Assembly: GCA_947480335.1 (NCBI GenBank) | Contig: CANKCB010000012.1 | Location: forward strand, 527 to 64,526 | Source: Gammaproteobacteria bacterium | GTDB taxonomy: Bacteria; Pseudomonadota; Gammaproteobacteria; Eutrophobiales; Eutrophobiaceae | DNA length: 64,000 nucleotides | Direction of reading: 5' to 3' | Made by a program: the position numbers and the translations under genes | The notes under the pieces: generated by a model | The model's input: the letters and a program-made list of their open reading frames with translations, nothing else | The model's database searches: none | What the model was told of the DNA's origin: nothing | In this document: positions 11,375 through 21,193 of the stretch, one piece after another | Layout of the letters: every line of letters begins with the position of its first letter | How positions within the stretch are numbered: the stretch's first letter is position 1

Positions 11375-12418
11375 TTGTTCTTGCAAAACCATCTGGTCAT
11401 GTGCCCACTCACACGTAACCGCGCCATTGGCAATATTCCCAATGCCTTGATGCAGCAGTATTACTCCCAACGTGCCAGCATGGGACTGATCATTACCGAG
11501 GGTACTTCTCCTTCACCGAATGGTCTGGGTTATCCGCGTATACCGGGTATATTCTCGCAGGCACAGATCGATGGCTGGAAACCAATCACCCAGGCGGTTC
11601 ATGCTGGTGGTGCAAAAATTTACATGCAACTGATGCATTGTGGACGTATCAGTCATCCTTTAAACCTGCCGGCAGGTGCCAGACTGATGGCTCCATCCGC
11701 GGTAGCTGCTGCTGGCGAAATGTATACAGATGCCGAAGGTTTGAAACCCCATCCTGTTCCACAAGCGATGACTGATGCAGATATCAAGTCGGCCATCAAT
11801 GAATTTGTGCAGGCCGCACGCAATGCCATTAGCGCCGGATTTGATGGCGTAGAGTTACACAGTGCGAATGGCTATTTACTTGAACAGTTTATTCGACCGA
11901 ACACAAACCAGCGCACTGATAATTATGGTGGCTCAATCCAGAACCGGGCCCGCTTTGTGCTTGAAGTGGCACAAGCTACGATCAATGCCATTGGCAAGGA
12001 TAAGGTTGGTATTCGTCTTTCTCCCTATGGTGTATTCAATGATATGCCCATGTATGAAGCGATGGAGGCAGACTACGCCTATCTGGCAGAACAATTAAAC
12101 GCCGTGGGAGTCACCTACATCCATCTGGTCGATCATTCTCCAATGGGTGCACCGGCCGTACCTGACACGATCAAGCAGACATTCCGCAAGCTGTTCAAGC
12201 GCACACTGATTCTGTCCGGTGGTTATGATGCTGTGCGTGCAGAAGCGGATTTGGTTTCTAATAAATGTGATTTGATTGCGGTGGGCCGTCCTGTTCTCGC
12301 CAATCCGGATCTGATTGCACGCTGGCAATCCGGCGCAATGTTAAATGCACCAGACATGGCGACGTTTTATACCCCCGGTGCGGCAGGCTACACCGATTAC
12401 CCATTACTAGGTAAATAA
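11375..12418 (+). CDS. Old yellow enzyme / NemA-like alkene reductase (start uncertain, see findings)
   Basis: VMCPLTRNR, YYSQRAS, GFDGVELHSANGYLL, RTDNYGGS, GRPVLANPD, FY...GYTDYP. Confidence 0.92.
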   Translation: MFLQNHLVMCPLTRNRAIGNIPNALMQQYYSQRASMGLIITEGTSPSPNGLGYPRIPGIFSQAQIDGWKPITQAVHAGGAKIYMQLMHCGRISHPLNLPAGARLMAPSAVAAAGEMYTDAEGLKPHPVPQAMTDADIKSAINEFVQAARNAISAGFDGVELHSANGYLLEQFIRPNTNQRTDNYGGSIQNRARFVLEVAQATINAIGKDKVGIRLSPYGVFNDMPMYEAMEADYAYLAEQLNAVGVTYIHLVDHSPMGAPAVPDTIKQTFRKLFKRTLILSGGYDAVRAEADLVSNKCDLIAVGRPVLANPDLIARWQSGAMLNAPDMATFYTPGAAGYTDYPLLGK

Positions 12419-12429
12419 AGTCCAGTTTA

Positions 12430-12458
12430 TCCCGGGTGTGCATGGATCACACCCGGGA
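12430..12458. repeat. Strong intergenic hairpin with a CATGGAT loop
   Basis: TCCCGGGTGTG-CATGGAT-CACACCCGGGA after the OYE stop. Confidence 0.65.
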
Positions 12459-12541
12459 GTACATTTATTAACTTAACCTGCAGTACACCCGCCAGGGTTT
12501 TCCTGATTGCCAAACAAGACCGTGTAAAATACGATCACTCC

Positions 12542-13312
12542 ATGTTCCCGCTACGCGATGACAATCCACATTTTCTTACACCTTATGTAACCTGGCTGAT
12601 AGTCGGTTTGAACATACTTGCCTGGGTTCTATTACAAGGTATGGGAGCAGAACCCGCCTTGTCAAAATCTGTGTGTCTACTCGGACTCTTGCCAGCAGAG
12701 CTATTGCAATCCGCTCCAATCAACAGCGCATTCCAGATAGGGCCGGATTTGTACTGCACCGTATCGGACAGCGCATCCTGGATTACTGTGATCAGTCATA
12801 TGTTCATGCACGGCAGCTGGATGCATATCATCGGCAATATGTGGTTTCTGTGGATATTTGGTAACAACGTTGAGGATTCAATGGGACATCTGCGCTTTCT
12901 GGTGTTTTACCTTTTATGCGGACTGGCCGCAGCTGGCTTGCAAATTACTGCTGATCCCTCCTCCATCATTCCGATGGTGGGCGCATCCGGCGCGATTGGT
13001 GGCGTAATGGGTGCGTATATCATGTTGTACCCACGTGTTACCGTGCATATGTTTGTAGTACTTGGTTTTTACATGACCACCTTTGCCATGCCGGCATTCT
13101 GGATGTTGGGTTACTGGTTTGTGTTACAACTGCTCGGTGGTTTCAGTTCTGTTGGCGCAAGCGGTGGTGGCGTTGCATTCTGGGCGCACATAGGAGGATT
13201 TGTTGCCGGGGCCCTACTGATACTCATTTTCCGTGATGTCGAACTGGTCAGACGTCATCCATATCATGGATGGCATAAGCGGTCAGTGAACCCGTATCGA
13301 CGTCTGCGCTGA
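12542..13312 (+). CDS. Rhomboid-family intramembrane serine protease
   Basis: MFMHGSWMHIIGNM, catalytic GASG and AHIGG. Confidence 0.93.
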   Translation: MFPLRDDNPHFLTPYVTWLIVGLNILAWVLLQGMGAEPALSKSVCLLGLLPAELLQSAPINSAFQIGPDLYCTVSDSASWITVISHMFMHGSWMHIIGNMWFLWIFGNNVEDSMGHLRFLVFYLLCGLAAAGLQITADPSSIIPMVGASGAIGGVMGAYIMLYPRVTVHMFVVLGFYMTTFAMPAFWMLGYWFVLQLLGGFSSVGASGGGVAFWAHIGGFVAGALLILIFRDVELVRRHPYHGWHKRSVNPYRRLR

Positions 13313-13386
13313 ATATCTATCTGCACAAGGGAGCCTGCAACCCTGTCGTAATACTCCGTCATATTGTTTCTCCATATCATCATATT

Positions 13387-13420
13387 CTTTAACCAGCCTG
13401 TAACCCTTGTTAGATAGAAT
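13387..13420 (+). promoter_or_regulatory. Putative PhoB-dependent promoter (Pho box plus -10)
   Basis: CTTTAAC-cagc-CTGTAAC ends exactly 10 nt before TAGAAT (13415-13420). An extra in-phase half-site CTGTCGT is at 13343. The site precedes a phytase operon. Confidence 0.6.
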
Positions 13421-13490
13421 GCTTCTCATTTAGATACGACAACACATACTTGTTATCTATTTTTACATTAACCAAGAGGAGTTTTTTTTC

Positions 13491-16199
13491 ATGTTTAAAT
13501 TCAATAACTTGAATAAGCGACCATTTCTCCTTGTTCTGCTAGCACTTGGTGTTGCCAGTAGCACAGGTATTCTGACTACAGAAGCCCAGACAGGTGGCGC
13601 TGTAGAAGAAGTGAAAGTAATAGGACGACGGCCTATAGCCGAAGGTAATGCCGCCGCGCTTGCGGCACAACGCGCTTCTGATTCACTTGTTAGTGTAATC
13701 GCCGCTGACTTGATCGGAGATTTGCCTGACCAAAACGTAGCATTTGCAGTCGGTCGATTGCCCGGCGTTGCAGTAGAGCGTGACCAGGGTCAAGCACGAT
13801 ATATAAACTTGCGCGGTGCCCCGGTGTACTGGACCACCTTGTCTTTCGATGGCCTCAGCGTTGTAAGTCCGGAAGGACGTGCTTCACGCTTTGATAACAT
13901 TCCATCTGCAATTGCGAGCCAGATTACTGTTGAAAAAGCAATTGTGCCATCCATGGCCGGTAATACCGTGGCGGGTAACGTCGATATCCGCACACGTCGT
14001 GCGTTTGATTATCCAGGCCAGAAGATCACTGGCAAAATTGGTGCCGGTAAAGTCGAGCTCGGCGGCGGTGATGAAGTAGACACTGCACTGGTCTATTCGA
14101 ACATCTTTTTGGAAGGCAAACTTGGAGTAGTAGCGCAGGGTTCGTACTACAGCCGCGAAATGGCGACGGATAATTGGGAAACTGATCCGTACCTCAGTAA
14201 CATCACCAACCCAACCAAACACTTCGCGCGCGAGCATGAGAACAAGCATTACCGCCTGACGCGCGAGAATATTTCTGCGACGATGCGATTTGATTATAAA
14301 ATCGATGAAGAGAATACAGTTTTTGCGAGCACGATCAACACTCTGTACCATGACGATGAGTTGCGCGATAATTTCATCACGCGTCTGGATCAGGGCACTG
14401 ATGCGTCCGGCGCGAGCTATACGAGCGCGGGTTTTATCAATAATAACGACCCGACTTTCGGCACCTCCTATGGTGCACGTATCAATGCCCGTATTGATTA
14501 TCGAGATAGTAAGGAATACACATCGACCAATACTCTGGGCGGTGAGCACGACTGGTCGGATTGGGATGTGTCGTGGCGCCTGAATCACACTTTTACGCAG
14601 GATGGTCGCGACACTCCCGTGACAGCAGCGTTGCAAAGTCCTTCTAGTTTTCTCTTACGACCGACTGTGGAATATGATCTCCGTGATGGTGATGTAAACA
14701 CCATACGTTTATTCCGTACGACCGGCGTTACCGGTGAACGCATTAAAGGCGAACAGGTCACCAAGATAGAAGACTTCGATTTTCCCATGCAGAGCATTTC
14801 GCAGATAGAAGGTGCTGATAAAACCCGGGCAGAAACAGTCAAACTTGATCTCGGCCACATGTCAAAACTGTTTTCCCTGCCGACCAAAATCCAGCTTGGT
14901 GGTCTCTATACAGACCGCACCAAAACCTCCAAGGATACAAACTATCTGCGAAGCTTTTCGACAGGCACCATTCCAAAATGGTCTGACTTTGCAACCAATA
15001 TTGGTTACCTTGGCAACCAGGATTTGAATTACACCTTTCGTTATACCGACAAGACCATCACCACTGATTTCATGAACGAACAGATTCGCAACGGTACTGC
15101 CAAATTGCAGGACACACGTGCGAATTATTGGGAAGTGACTGAAGCTATTGGTGCATTGTATGGCATGGCCACAACGGAATTCACCTGGGGTAATATTGTA
15201 TATGGTGCACGTGTCGAGCAAGTTGAAAATACTGGCAAAGCGTACGTGGCTTTCCCCGCTACCGGCAGCACACCTGCAGAAACGAGACTGGTCGAAACCA
15301 AAAGTGAAGACACGCTGGTTTATCCAAGTGCGCACTTGAACTGGAATTACAGCGATAACATCAAGCTGCGTTACAGTCTGACGACCTCAGCGTCGCGTGC
15401 TGACTTCGATGACCTGCGTCCAAACTTTACAATTAATGATGCGGCGCAAACAATTTCCGGCGGTAATCCTGATGCGAAACCTGAAAAGCAGACTGGTCTC
15501 GACGCTTATCTTGAATGGTACATGCCATCAGGTGATTTCTTTTCTGCGGGTGTTTTCTACAAGGACATCAAAGATGTACTCGTGCAACAGGCAAGCACCT
15601 TTGGTCTGGATACACTGGATGTGGCGGGCATAGATCGTTCAGGTTATCAGCAGACCAGCGTTGGCAATGCAGCTGATGGCTATCTGAAAGGTTTTGAACT
15701 GGCTTATGTCGCGAGCGCAGAACGCCTTGTGCAAAGCATGAACCTGCCCGACTGGATGGGGGGCTTTGGTCTAAGCTTCTCCGGCACATGGACTGATTCA
15801 GAAGTGAATATCCCGTCTGTTGGTGGTGTCCCCGAGCGGACCATCAGTGTGCTGGGTACTTCCGATCGAGTATATAACCTGCAGGGAATCTACGAAAAAT
15901 ATGGTCTGACAGTCAGGCTTGCTTATCAGTATCGTACACCGTGGGGTCAATCAGTTGGCACTTACAGGGTAATCAATGGCAAAGTCTATCCAGTTGATAA
16001 TGGTGATATCTACTGGGACACCGACGACGAAATGGATTTGTCTGTGCGTTACCAGATCAACCCCAGGATCGAGGTGTTTATTGATGCGGTCAACCTTACC
16101 AACAAAGGTGCGCGTCGTTACGGTGATGAATCACGTTACCCGATCGAATACGAAAAATTTGGTCCGCGTTATATCGGTGGTGTCCGGTTCAACCTGTAA
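13491..16199 (+). CDS. TonB-dependent receptor, phytase-associated
   Basis: TonB box EEVKVIG, LPDQNVA..RLPGV..RDQGQARYINLRG, GGNPD; ends GVRFNL. Confidence 0.93.
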   Translation: MFKFNNLNKRPFLLVLLALGVASSTGILTTEAQTGGAVEEVKVIGRRPIAEGNAAALAAQRASDSLVSVIAADLIGDLPDQNVAFAVGRLPGVAVERDQGQARYINLRGAPVYWTTLSFDGLSVVSPEGRASRFDNIPSAIASQITVEKAIVPSMAGNTVAGNVDIRTRRAFDYPGQKITGKIGAGKVELGGGDEVDTALVYSNIFLEGKLGVVAQGSYYSREMATDNWETDPYLSNITNPTKHFAREHENKHYRLTRENISATMRFDYKIDEENTVFASTINTLYHDDELRDNFITRLDQGTDASGASYTSAGFINNNDPTFGTSYGARINARIDYRDSKEYTSTNTLGGEHDWSDWDVSWRLNHTFTQDGRDTPVTAALQSPSSFLLRPTVEYDLRDGDVNTIRLFRTTGVTGERIKGEQVTKIEDFDFPMQSISQIEGADKTRAETVKLDLGHMSKLFSLPTKIQLGGLYTDRTKTSKDTNYLRSFSTGTIPKWSDFATNIGYLGNQDLNYTFRYTDKTITTDFMNEQIRNGTAKLQDTRANYWEVTEAIGALYGMATTEFTWGNIVYGARVEQVENTGKAYVAFPATGSTPAETRLVETKSEDTLVYPSAHLNWNYSDNIKLRYSLTTSASRADFDDLRPNFTINDAAQTISGGNPDAKPEKQTGLDAYLEWYMPSGDFFSAGVFYKDIKDVLVQQASTFGLDTLDVAGIDRSGYQQTSVGNAADGYLKGFELAYVASAERLVQSMNLPDWMGGFGLSFSGTWTDSEVNIPSVGGVPERTISVLGTSDRVYNLQGIYEKYGLTVRLAYQYRTPWGQSVGTYRVINGKVYPVDNGDIYWDTDDEMDLSVRYQINPRIEVFIDAVNLTNKGARRYGDESRYPIEYEKFGPRYIGGVRFNL

Positions 16200-16224
16200 G
16201 ACAGTAGCAACAAGAAGAACACAG

Positions 16225-17307
16225 ATGCACTTTATACAAAGTGTGACCCTGAAAGTAGGGGCGGGACTGTTAATCGCAGTCTCGCCGCTCGCTATATTTT
16301 CCTCCGACAGCATTGCGGATGAAGCAGCGTTGACGCCTCGAACAGTGACCGAGGCCGTACGCTACGACACAGATGACCCTGCCATCTGGATCAACACGGC
16401 TGACCCTGCTGCCAGTCTCGTCATCGGTACCGACAAGGATTCTGACGGTGCACTCTATGTTTTCGATCTGCGTGGAAAAATACTACATGACAAGGTGGTT
16501 CGCGGCTTGTTGCGCCCCAACAATGTCGATATTGCATATGGAATCATGGTGGGTGGTAAACTCATTGACGTCGCGGTAGTTACCGAACGTTATGCACATC
16601 GTCTGCGTGTATATCGCTTGCCCGATATGACACCAATCGATGGTGGTGGTATTCCTGTGTTCGAAGGCGAGCAGGCACGCGATGTAATGGGTATTGCTCT
16701 ATACACGCGACAGAGCGACAGTGCACTGTTTGCGATTGTAAGTCGTTCAGATACTTTCGCTCCCACAAATGGCTACCTGCATCAGTATCGTCTCGTCGAT
16801 GATGGGAGCGGACAAATCAGAGGGTTGTACACGCGTGCATTTGGTGCCTGGAGTGGTGTAAAGGAAATTGAGGCAGTTGCTGTCGATAATGAGCTTGGTT
16901 ATGTCTATTACAGTGACGAACATTATGGAATCCGCAAATATCTTGCGGATCCTCTCGCTGAAGATGCCGATGATATGCTCGCAGAGTTTGGCAAAACCGA
17001 CTTCACGTCGGATCATGAGGGAATATCCATTTACAAGCGCGACGATGGTACTGGCTATCTGCTCATATCGGATCAGCAGGCTGATCTGTTCAATGTATAT
17101 GCACGCGAAGGAACACACGGCAATCCGAACGAGCACAAACTGCTCGCACGGATCAGGCTAAGCACCATAGAGAGCGATGGTAGTGACATTTCGTCCGTTG
17201 CTCTACCGGGTTTTGAGGGTGGATTGTTCGTCGCGATGTCTACAGACAAGACCTTTCAATTCTACGCAGTGAAAGACCTGTTACGCGCCGCCAATCTGAC
17301 ACCGTAA
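16225..17307 (+). CDS. Beta-propeller phytase (3-phytase)
   Basis: DTDDPAIWI, IGTDK, RPNNVD, EIEA, DHEGISIY, SDQ, ESDG. Start moved to the ATG at 16225, which gives a signal peptide and removes the overlap with the receptor. Confidence 0.92.
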   Translation: MHFIQSVTLKVGAGLLIAVSPLAIFSSDSIADEAALTPRTVTEAVRYDTDDPAIWINTADPAASLVIGTDKDSDGALYVFDLRGKILHDKVVRGLLRPNNVDIAYGIMVGGKLIDVAVVTERYAHRLRVYRLPDMTPIDGGGIPVFEGEQARDVMGIALYTRQSDSALFAIVSRSDTFAPTNGYLHQYRLVDDGSGQIRGLYTRAFGAWSGVKEIEAVAVDNELGYVYYSDEHYGIRKYLADPLAEDADDMLAEFGKTDFTSDHEGISIYKRDDGTGYLLISDQQADLFNVYAREGTHGNPNEHKLLARIRLSTIESDGSDISSVALPGFEGGLFVAMSTDKTFQFYAVKDLLRAANLTP

Positions 17308-17549
17308 GCGCTGCTTGCCCTGCGGCCAAACATGCTTTTTTCTGGATAAGTGTGGTAATCCACAAAACCTCCAGCTATTAATCCCTGTGCTTGATAAAAT
17401 GTTGACAGTACGCACCCGCAGCACTGACTTTAACAATAATCACTGAGCGTCTGTCGAAGATTATGTAAAAACTGAACTTCATACAGAGAATTAATCATTT
17501 GAATCATGCCAGACCTAGGCTTCTAGCCATTCGATCTCTCAACTTCAAG

Positions 17550-17578
17550 TTGTCTTATTTTAGTAACAAATAAATAAC
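17550..17578 (+). promoter_or_regulatory. Possible Pho-box-like 11-bp-periodic repeats
   Basis: TTGTCTT / TAGTAAC / AAATAAC at 17550, 17561 and 17572, upstream of a receptor-phosphoesterase pair. The context is AT-rich, so the match is weak. Confidence 0.35.
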
Positions 17579-17637
17579 ATTAAATTAGTAATTGTAATTT
17601 ACATTCGCGCCACTTAAAACAACACCGGAGTGACCTG

Positions 17638-19890
17638 ATGTATACATTATTCCATAAGTTTACGAGAACTTACCTGCCTGCAGTTCTGTTAATCTCAGGC
17701 ATCACACTTTCAAACCTGGTAGCGGCTCAACAAAATAACTCCAAAGTAGAAGTTATTACCGTTACTTCTCAAAAAGTAGATGTGGGTTCAGTTGCACCAA
17801 CACAGTCTTCGTTAAAAGCAACACAACCGCAATCAATCATAAACCGTTCTTTTTTTGAAGATGCCAAGTCTCCGGCCAGTGATTTCTCTTCAATTGCAGC
17901 TATCGCACCAAGCGTATCAGCTGGCATATCTCCGAACGGACCAGGTCTTTCCGAAACCAAGAATGGCCTGCGTGGATTCAAGGATGGTGAATACAATATA
18001 ACCTTTGATGGCGTACCTTTCGGCGATACCAACGGCCCCACACACCATTCAACAGCTTATTTCCCTGCTGAAGTGCTAGGCATGATCGACGTTGAACGTG
18101 GACCAGGTAACGCCAGCAATCTGGGTCAGGCTACCTTTGGCGGTTCCATCAATCTGTTTTCACGCGATTTGGCAAAGAAACAAACCATTTCTCCGATTGC
18201 CTCTATGGGCTCTGATAATACACGACTGCTGGGCATGCGCTTTGATTCTGGCGATATCGATCAGTATGGTGATCTTAACTTTGCTATTAATGCGCAAAAA
18301 TTGACCAGTGATGGTTACAGGACCAACAGCCCGATTCAGGGTAAAAACCTGATGCTGAAAGCCCAGAAGCCTTTTGGTGAAGGCACAGTCTTAACTGTGA
18401 ACTTAAATCACAACTCTAACTGGTATTATCAGAACGATAAAGAATCCGGTCTCACCCTGGCACAGGCAACTTTGCTGGGCAAAAATTACGCCTTGGGTCT
18501 GGATCCTTTAAAAGCAAACTATACTGAATACAATCGCGTCGCCAAGTCTACCAACTTTGATTATGTCCGACTTGAAAGTGAGCTGGGTGCAGGTTGGGCA
18601 ATTGATAACAACGCTTACTATTATGAATACACAAATAATGGCCTTTCGTCCAAAGCAACAAATCTGACCGCGGGTTTCAGTAACGTGAAAACGATCACTA
18701 ACGCGACAATTACCAACCAGATGGATGGCTACAAAAAGACTAACGAATACTCGGTCAGGGGTGATATTTTTAAAGTCACCAATCAAACGAGTCTGGGTCT
18801 GGCACGAGTTGGATTGTGGGCGGAAAAGGCAGACACGCATCGTTCGCAGTATGAATTTAACCTGTTGAACGGTATTACGCCTAACTATAATCAAGCCAAG
18901 GTTGTTGGTGCACCAGTTGAATCACCACTGGCCACCTTTAATAATACCGTGTATGAGCAGGAATCCGGTTGGAAACAGTACCAGCCTTTCGCTGAGTTTG
19001 AATGGCAGGCAATGGACAATCTGAAAGTGACGCCCGGCGTGAAATATATGCATACCGTGCTTTCAATTGATGCAACTGTAAACCAGACAGCTCGTATCGA
19101 ACAGCATCTGGATAAAACCTTTACGGCGACACTGCCATTCCTGACAGCCAACTATACTATCAACCCCAATATGTCTGTTTATGCACAATATGCCAAAGGC
19201 ATGCTGGTACCCGACATCAGTGCTTACCAGAGCGCCAATGCCGATGCCTCAGATATTTATCCTCAGACATCAACCAATTACCAGACGGGATTTGTCTATC
19301 AACTGGATAAACTCGCCTTTGATGCTAACGTTTACTACATCGACTTTAATAACAAAATCGCTGTGGTACCAGGTAGCCCTGCTTCGCAACCTATTTTCTA
19401 TAATGAAGGTGGAGTAAAGCATAAGGGTCTGGAAGGTCAGGTTACTTATGCCCTTACTGAAAGTTTCTCGCTTTATGCAAATGGCTCACTTAACCGCGCT
19501 GCAACCAAAGCGACTGGTCTGCAAACAGCGGGCGTACCCGACACCACATCGGCATTGGGCGTACTCTACCGGTCCGGTGGCCTGGGTATAACACTCTTTC
19601 AAAAACGTGTAGGTAGAACTTACGCGCTGGATGATGAAGGCTACCCTCTGGATGCATACGGAACCACTGATTTGAATCTGTCTTATAAGATTTCCAATCT
19701 TGGAGCCGGTTTTGACGGTATCAAGCTGGCATTGGGTATCAATAACCTGCTGGACAAGGAAGATATTATTTCAGTTAAACCCACTAACACCACTTCTGGC
19801 ACCGCCGCTTATGGTACACCCAGTGACACAGACACTTTCCTGTGGCAGCCAGGCCGGACCTATATGGTTACACTCAGAGCTGAATATTAA
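17638..19890 (+). CDS. TonB-dependent receptor
   Basis: EVITVT TonB box, LRGF.DG, FDGVPFGDTN, VERGPG..GQATFGG; ends LRAEY. Confidence 0.93.
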   Translation: MYTLFHKFTRTYLPAVLLISGITLSNLVAAQQNNSKVEVITVTSQKVDVGSVAPTQSSLKATQPQSIINRSFFEDAKSPASDFSSIAAIAPSVSAGISPNGPGLSETKNGLRGFKDGEYNITFDGVPFGDTNGPTHHSTAYFPAEVLGMIDVERGPGNASNLGQATFGGSINLFSRDLAKKQTISPIASMGSDNTRLLGMRFDSGDIDQYGDLNFAINAQKLTSDGYRTNSPIQGKNLMLKAQKPFGEGTVLTVNLNHNSNWYYQNDKESGLTLAQATLLGKNYALGLDPLKANYTEYNRVAKSTNFDYVRLESELGAGWAIDNNAYYYEYTNNGLSSKATNLTAGFSNVKTITNATITNQMDGYKKTNEYSVRGDIFKVTNQTSLGLARVGLWAEKADTHRSQYEFNLLNGITPNYNQAKVVGAPVESPLATFNNTVYEQESGWKQYQPFAEFEWQAMDNLKVTPGVKYMHTVLSIDATVNQTARIEQHLDKTFTATLPFLTANYTINPNMSVYAQYAKGMLVPDISAYQSANADASDIYPQTSTNYQTGFVYQLDKLAFDANVYYIDFNNKIAVVPGSPASQPIFYNEGGVKHKGLEGQVTYALTESFSLYANGSLNRAATKATGLQTAGVPDTTSALGVLYRSGGLGITLFQKRVGRTYALDDEGYPLDAYGTTDLNLSYKISNLGAGFDGIKLALGINNLLDKEDIISVKPTNTTSGTAAYGTPSDTDTFLWQPGRTYMVTLRAEY

Positions 19891-19913
19891 AATTTAGCCA
19901 GAGCACACGATAA

Positions 19914-21188
19914 ATGACTAATGGCAGAAAGTTAATTCAAATCTTCATTGGTCATTTATCGGGGTTATTTTTAATTCTGGCCTCAGCATCATCAGGTGCT
20001 GAGGCCTTATACAGCTGGATCCAGTATGTGCCTGATGGCATGGAAGCACGTGTCATTACCAACGAAGGTACCTGTCCTGTTGTCCTGGCAGATGGTCAAA
20101 AACTGCAAATGTCACAACGCTCAAACCCAGGTGAACAGTACCCGATTTTTGTATGCGCCTTGTTATTGCAAAAAGTAACGGGTCAAATTGAAATTGAAGG
20201 AAAGATTCTTCCCCTCGCCAAAAGCTTACCACAACGGATACTGATCATTGGCGACACGGGATGCCGGCTCAAGGTTGATCGTTTTCAGGCTTGTAACGAC
20301 CCGGTTGAGTGGCCTTTTCGTACTGGTGCGGCGTTTGTTGCCAATCTTAAACCTGATCTGATCCTGCATGTCGGTGATTTTCATTATCGTGAAACTCCCT
20401 GCCCTGAAGGTAATACAGGTTGTGCAGGCAGCCCCTATGGTGATTCCTGGGCTGTTTGGGAAGCCGATTTTTTTGCACCTCTGGGGCACCTTTTAACGGC
20501 GGCACCGTGGGTATTTGTACGCGGAAACCATGAGGAATGTGAGCGTGGGGGACGCGGTTGGGCACGTATACTCGACCCTTACGCATGGTCTTCGGACACA
20601 GGGTGTATCGGTCCGGGAGAACCTTATCTCGTTGATCTGGGTGGTATCAAACTTGCTGTAGTCGATGTTTCAACTGCGGATGAAGAAAAAGCGAATACAG
20701 AACAAGCGGCTCGTTTCAAATCTGAATATGCCTCCGTGGCAAAGTCTGCTTCTGGCTCGCCAGTCTGGATTGCACAGCATCGTCCCATCTGGGCACTGGA
20801 AGAGACAAAACCACAGTTTTTGGGTGATAACAAAACATTAGCACTGGCAGCTCGCTCAGGACTCTCAGACAACATTCAGACTATATTATCTGGCCACCAT
20901 CATGTACTGGAAGTAATAACCTATGATGAGAATTATCCTGTGCAGACACTCTCTGGCAATGGCGGCGACACACTGGCGACTGGCGTACCCGAAACTTCAG
21001 ATGGATTTGTTATCAATGGTGTTAAAGTCAAAAAAGGCATAGCCAAATCCGGTGTATTTGGTTACAGCCTTCTGGAACGCGCTGATAAAGCACCGACTTC
21101 ACCCTGGGTATTCAGCGGATTTGATTATCAGGGTAATTTATTGCTCAAGTGCACACTGAAAAACCGTGATGCAATCTGTGGTCAATAA
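19914..21188 (+). CDS. Exported calcineurin-like metallophosphoesterase
   Basis: GDTG, VGDFHY, RGNHE, QHRP and SGHHH metal-binding motifs; signal peptide. Confidence 0.88.
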   Translation: MTNGRKLIQIFIGHLSGLFLILASASSGAEALYSWIQYVPDGMEARVITNEGTCPVVLADGQKLQMSQRSNPGEQYPIFVCALLLQKVTGQIEIEGKILPLAKSLPQRILIIGDTGCRLKVDRFQACNDPVEWPFRTGAAFVANLKPDLILHVGDFHYRETPCPEGNTGCAGSPYGDSWAVWEADFFAPLGHLLTAAPWVFVRGNHEECERGGRGWARILDPYAWSSDTGCIGPGEPYLVDLGGIKLAVVDVSTADEEKANTEQAARFKSEYASVAKSASGSPVWIAQHRPIWALEETKPQFLGDNKTLALAARSGLSDNIQTILSGHHHVLEVITYDENYPVQTLSGNGGDTLATGVPETSDGFVINGVKVKKGIAKSGVFGYSLLERADKAPTSPWVFSGFDYQGNLLLKCTLKNRDAICGQ

Positions 21189-21193
21189 TTAAT

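Noticed and set aside
12542-13312. Rhomboid as a rhombosortase for the 25810 tail
   Set aside because: It looks like a general rhomboid, is 12 kb away, and the tail lacks a clear GlyGly-CTERM motif.
13884-14636. Long antisense ORFs (also 53454-54155 and 3641-4135)
   Set aside because: Shadows of well-supported genes on the opposite strand, with no motifs.
15976-16224. N-terminal extension of the phytase ORF in the ORF track
   Set aside because: It overlaps the receptor C-terminus in another frame; ATG 16225 gives a proper signal peptide.
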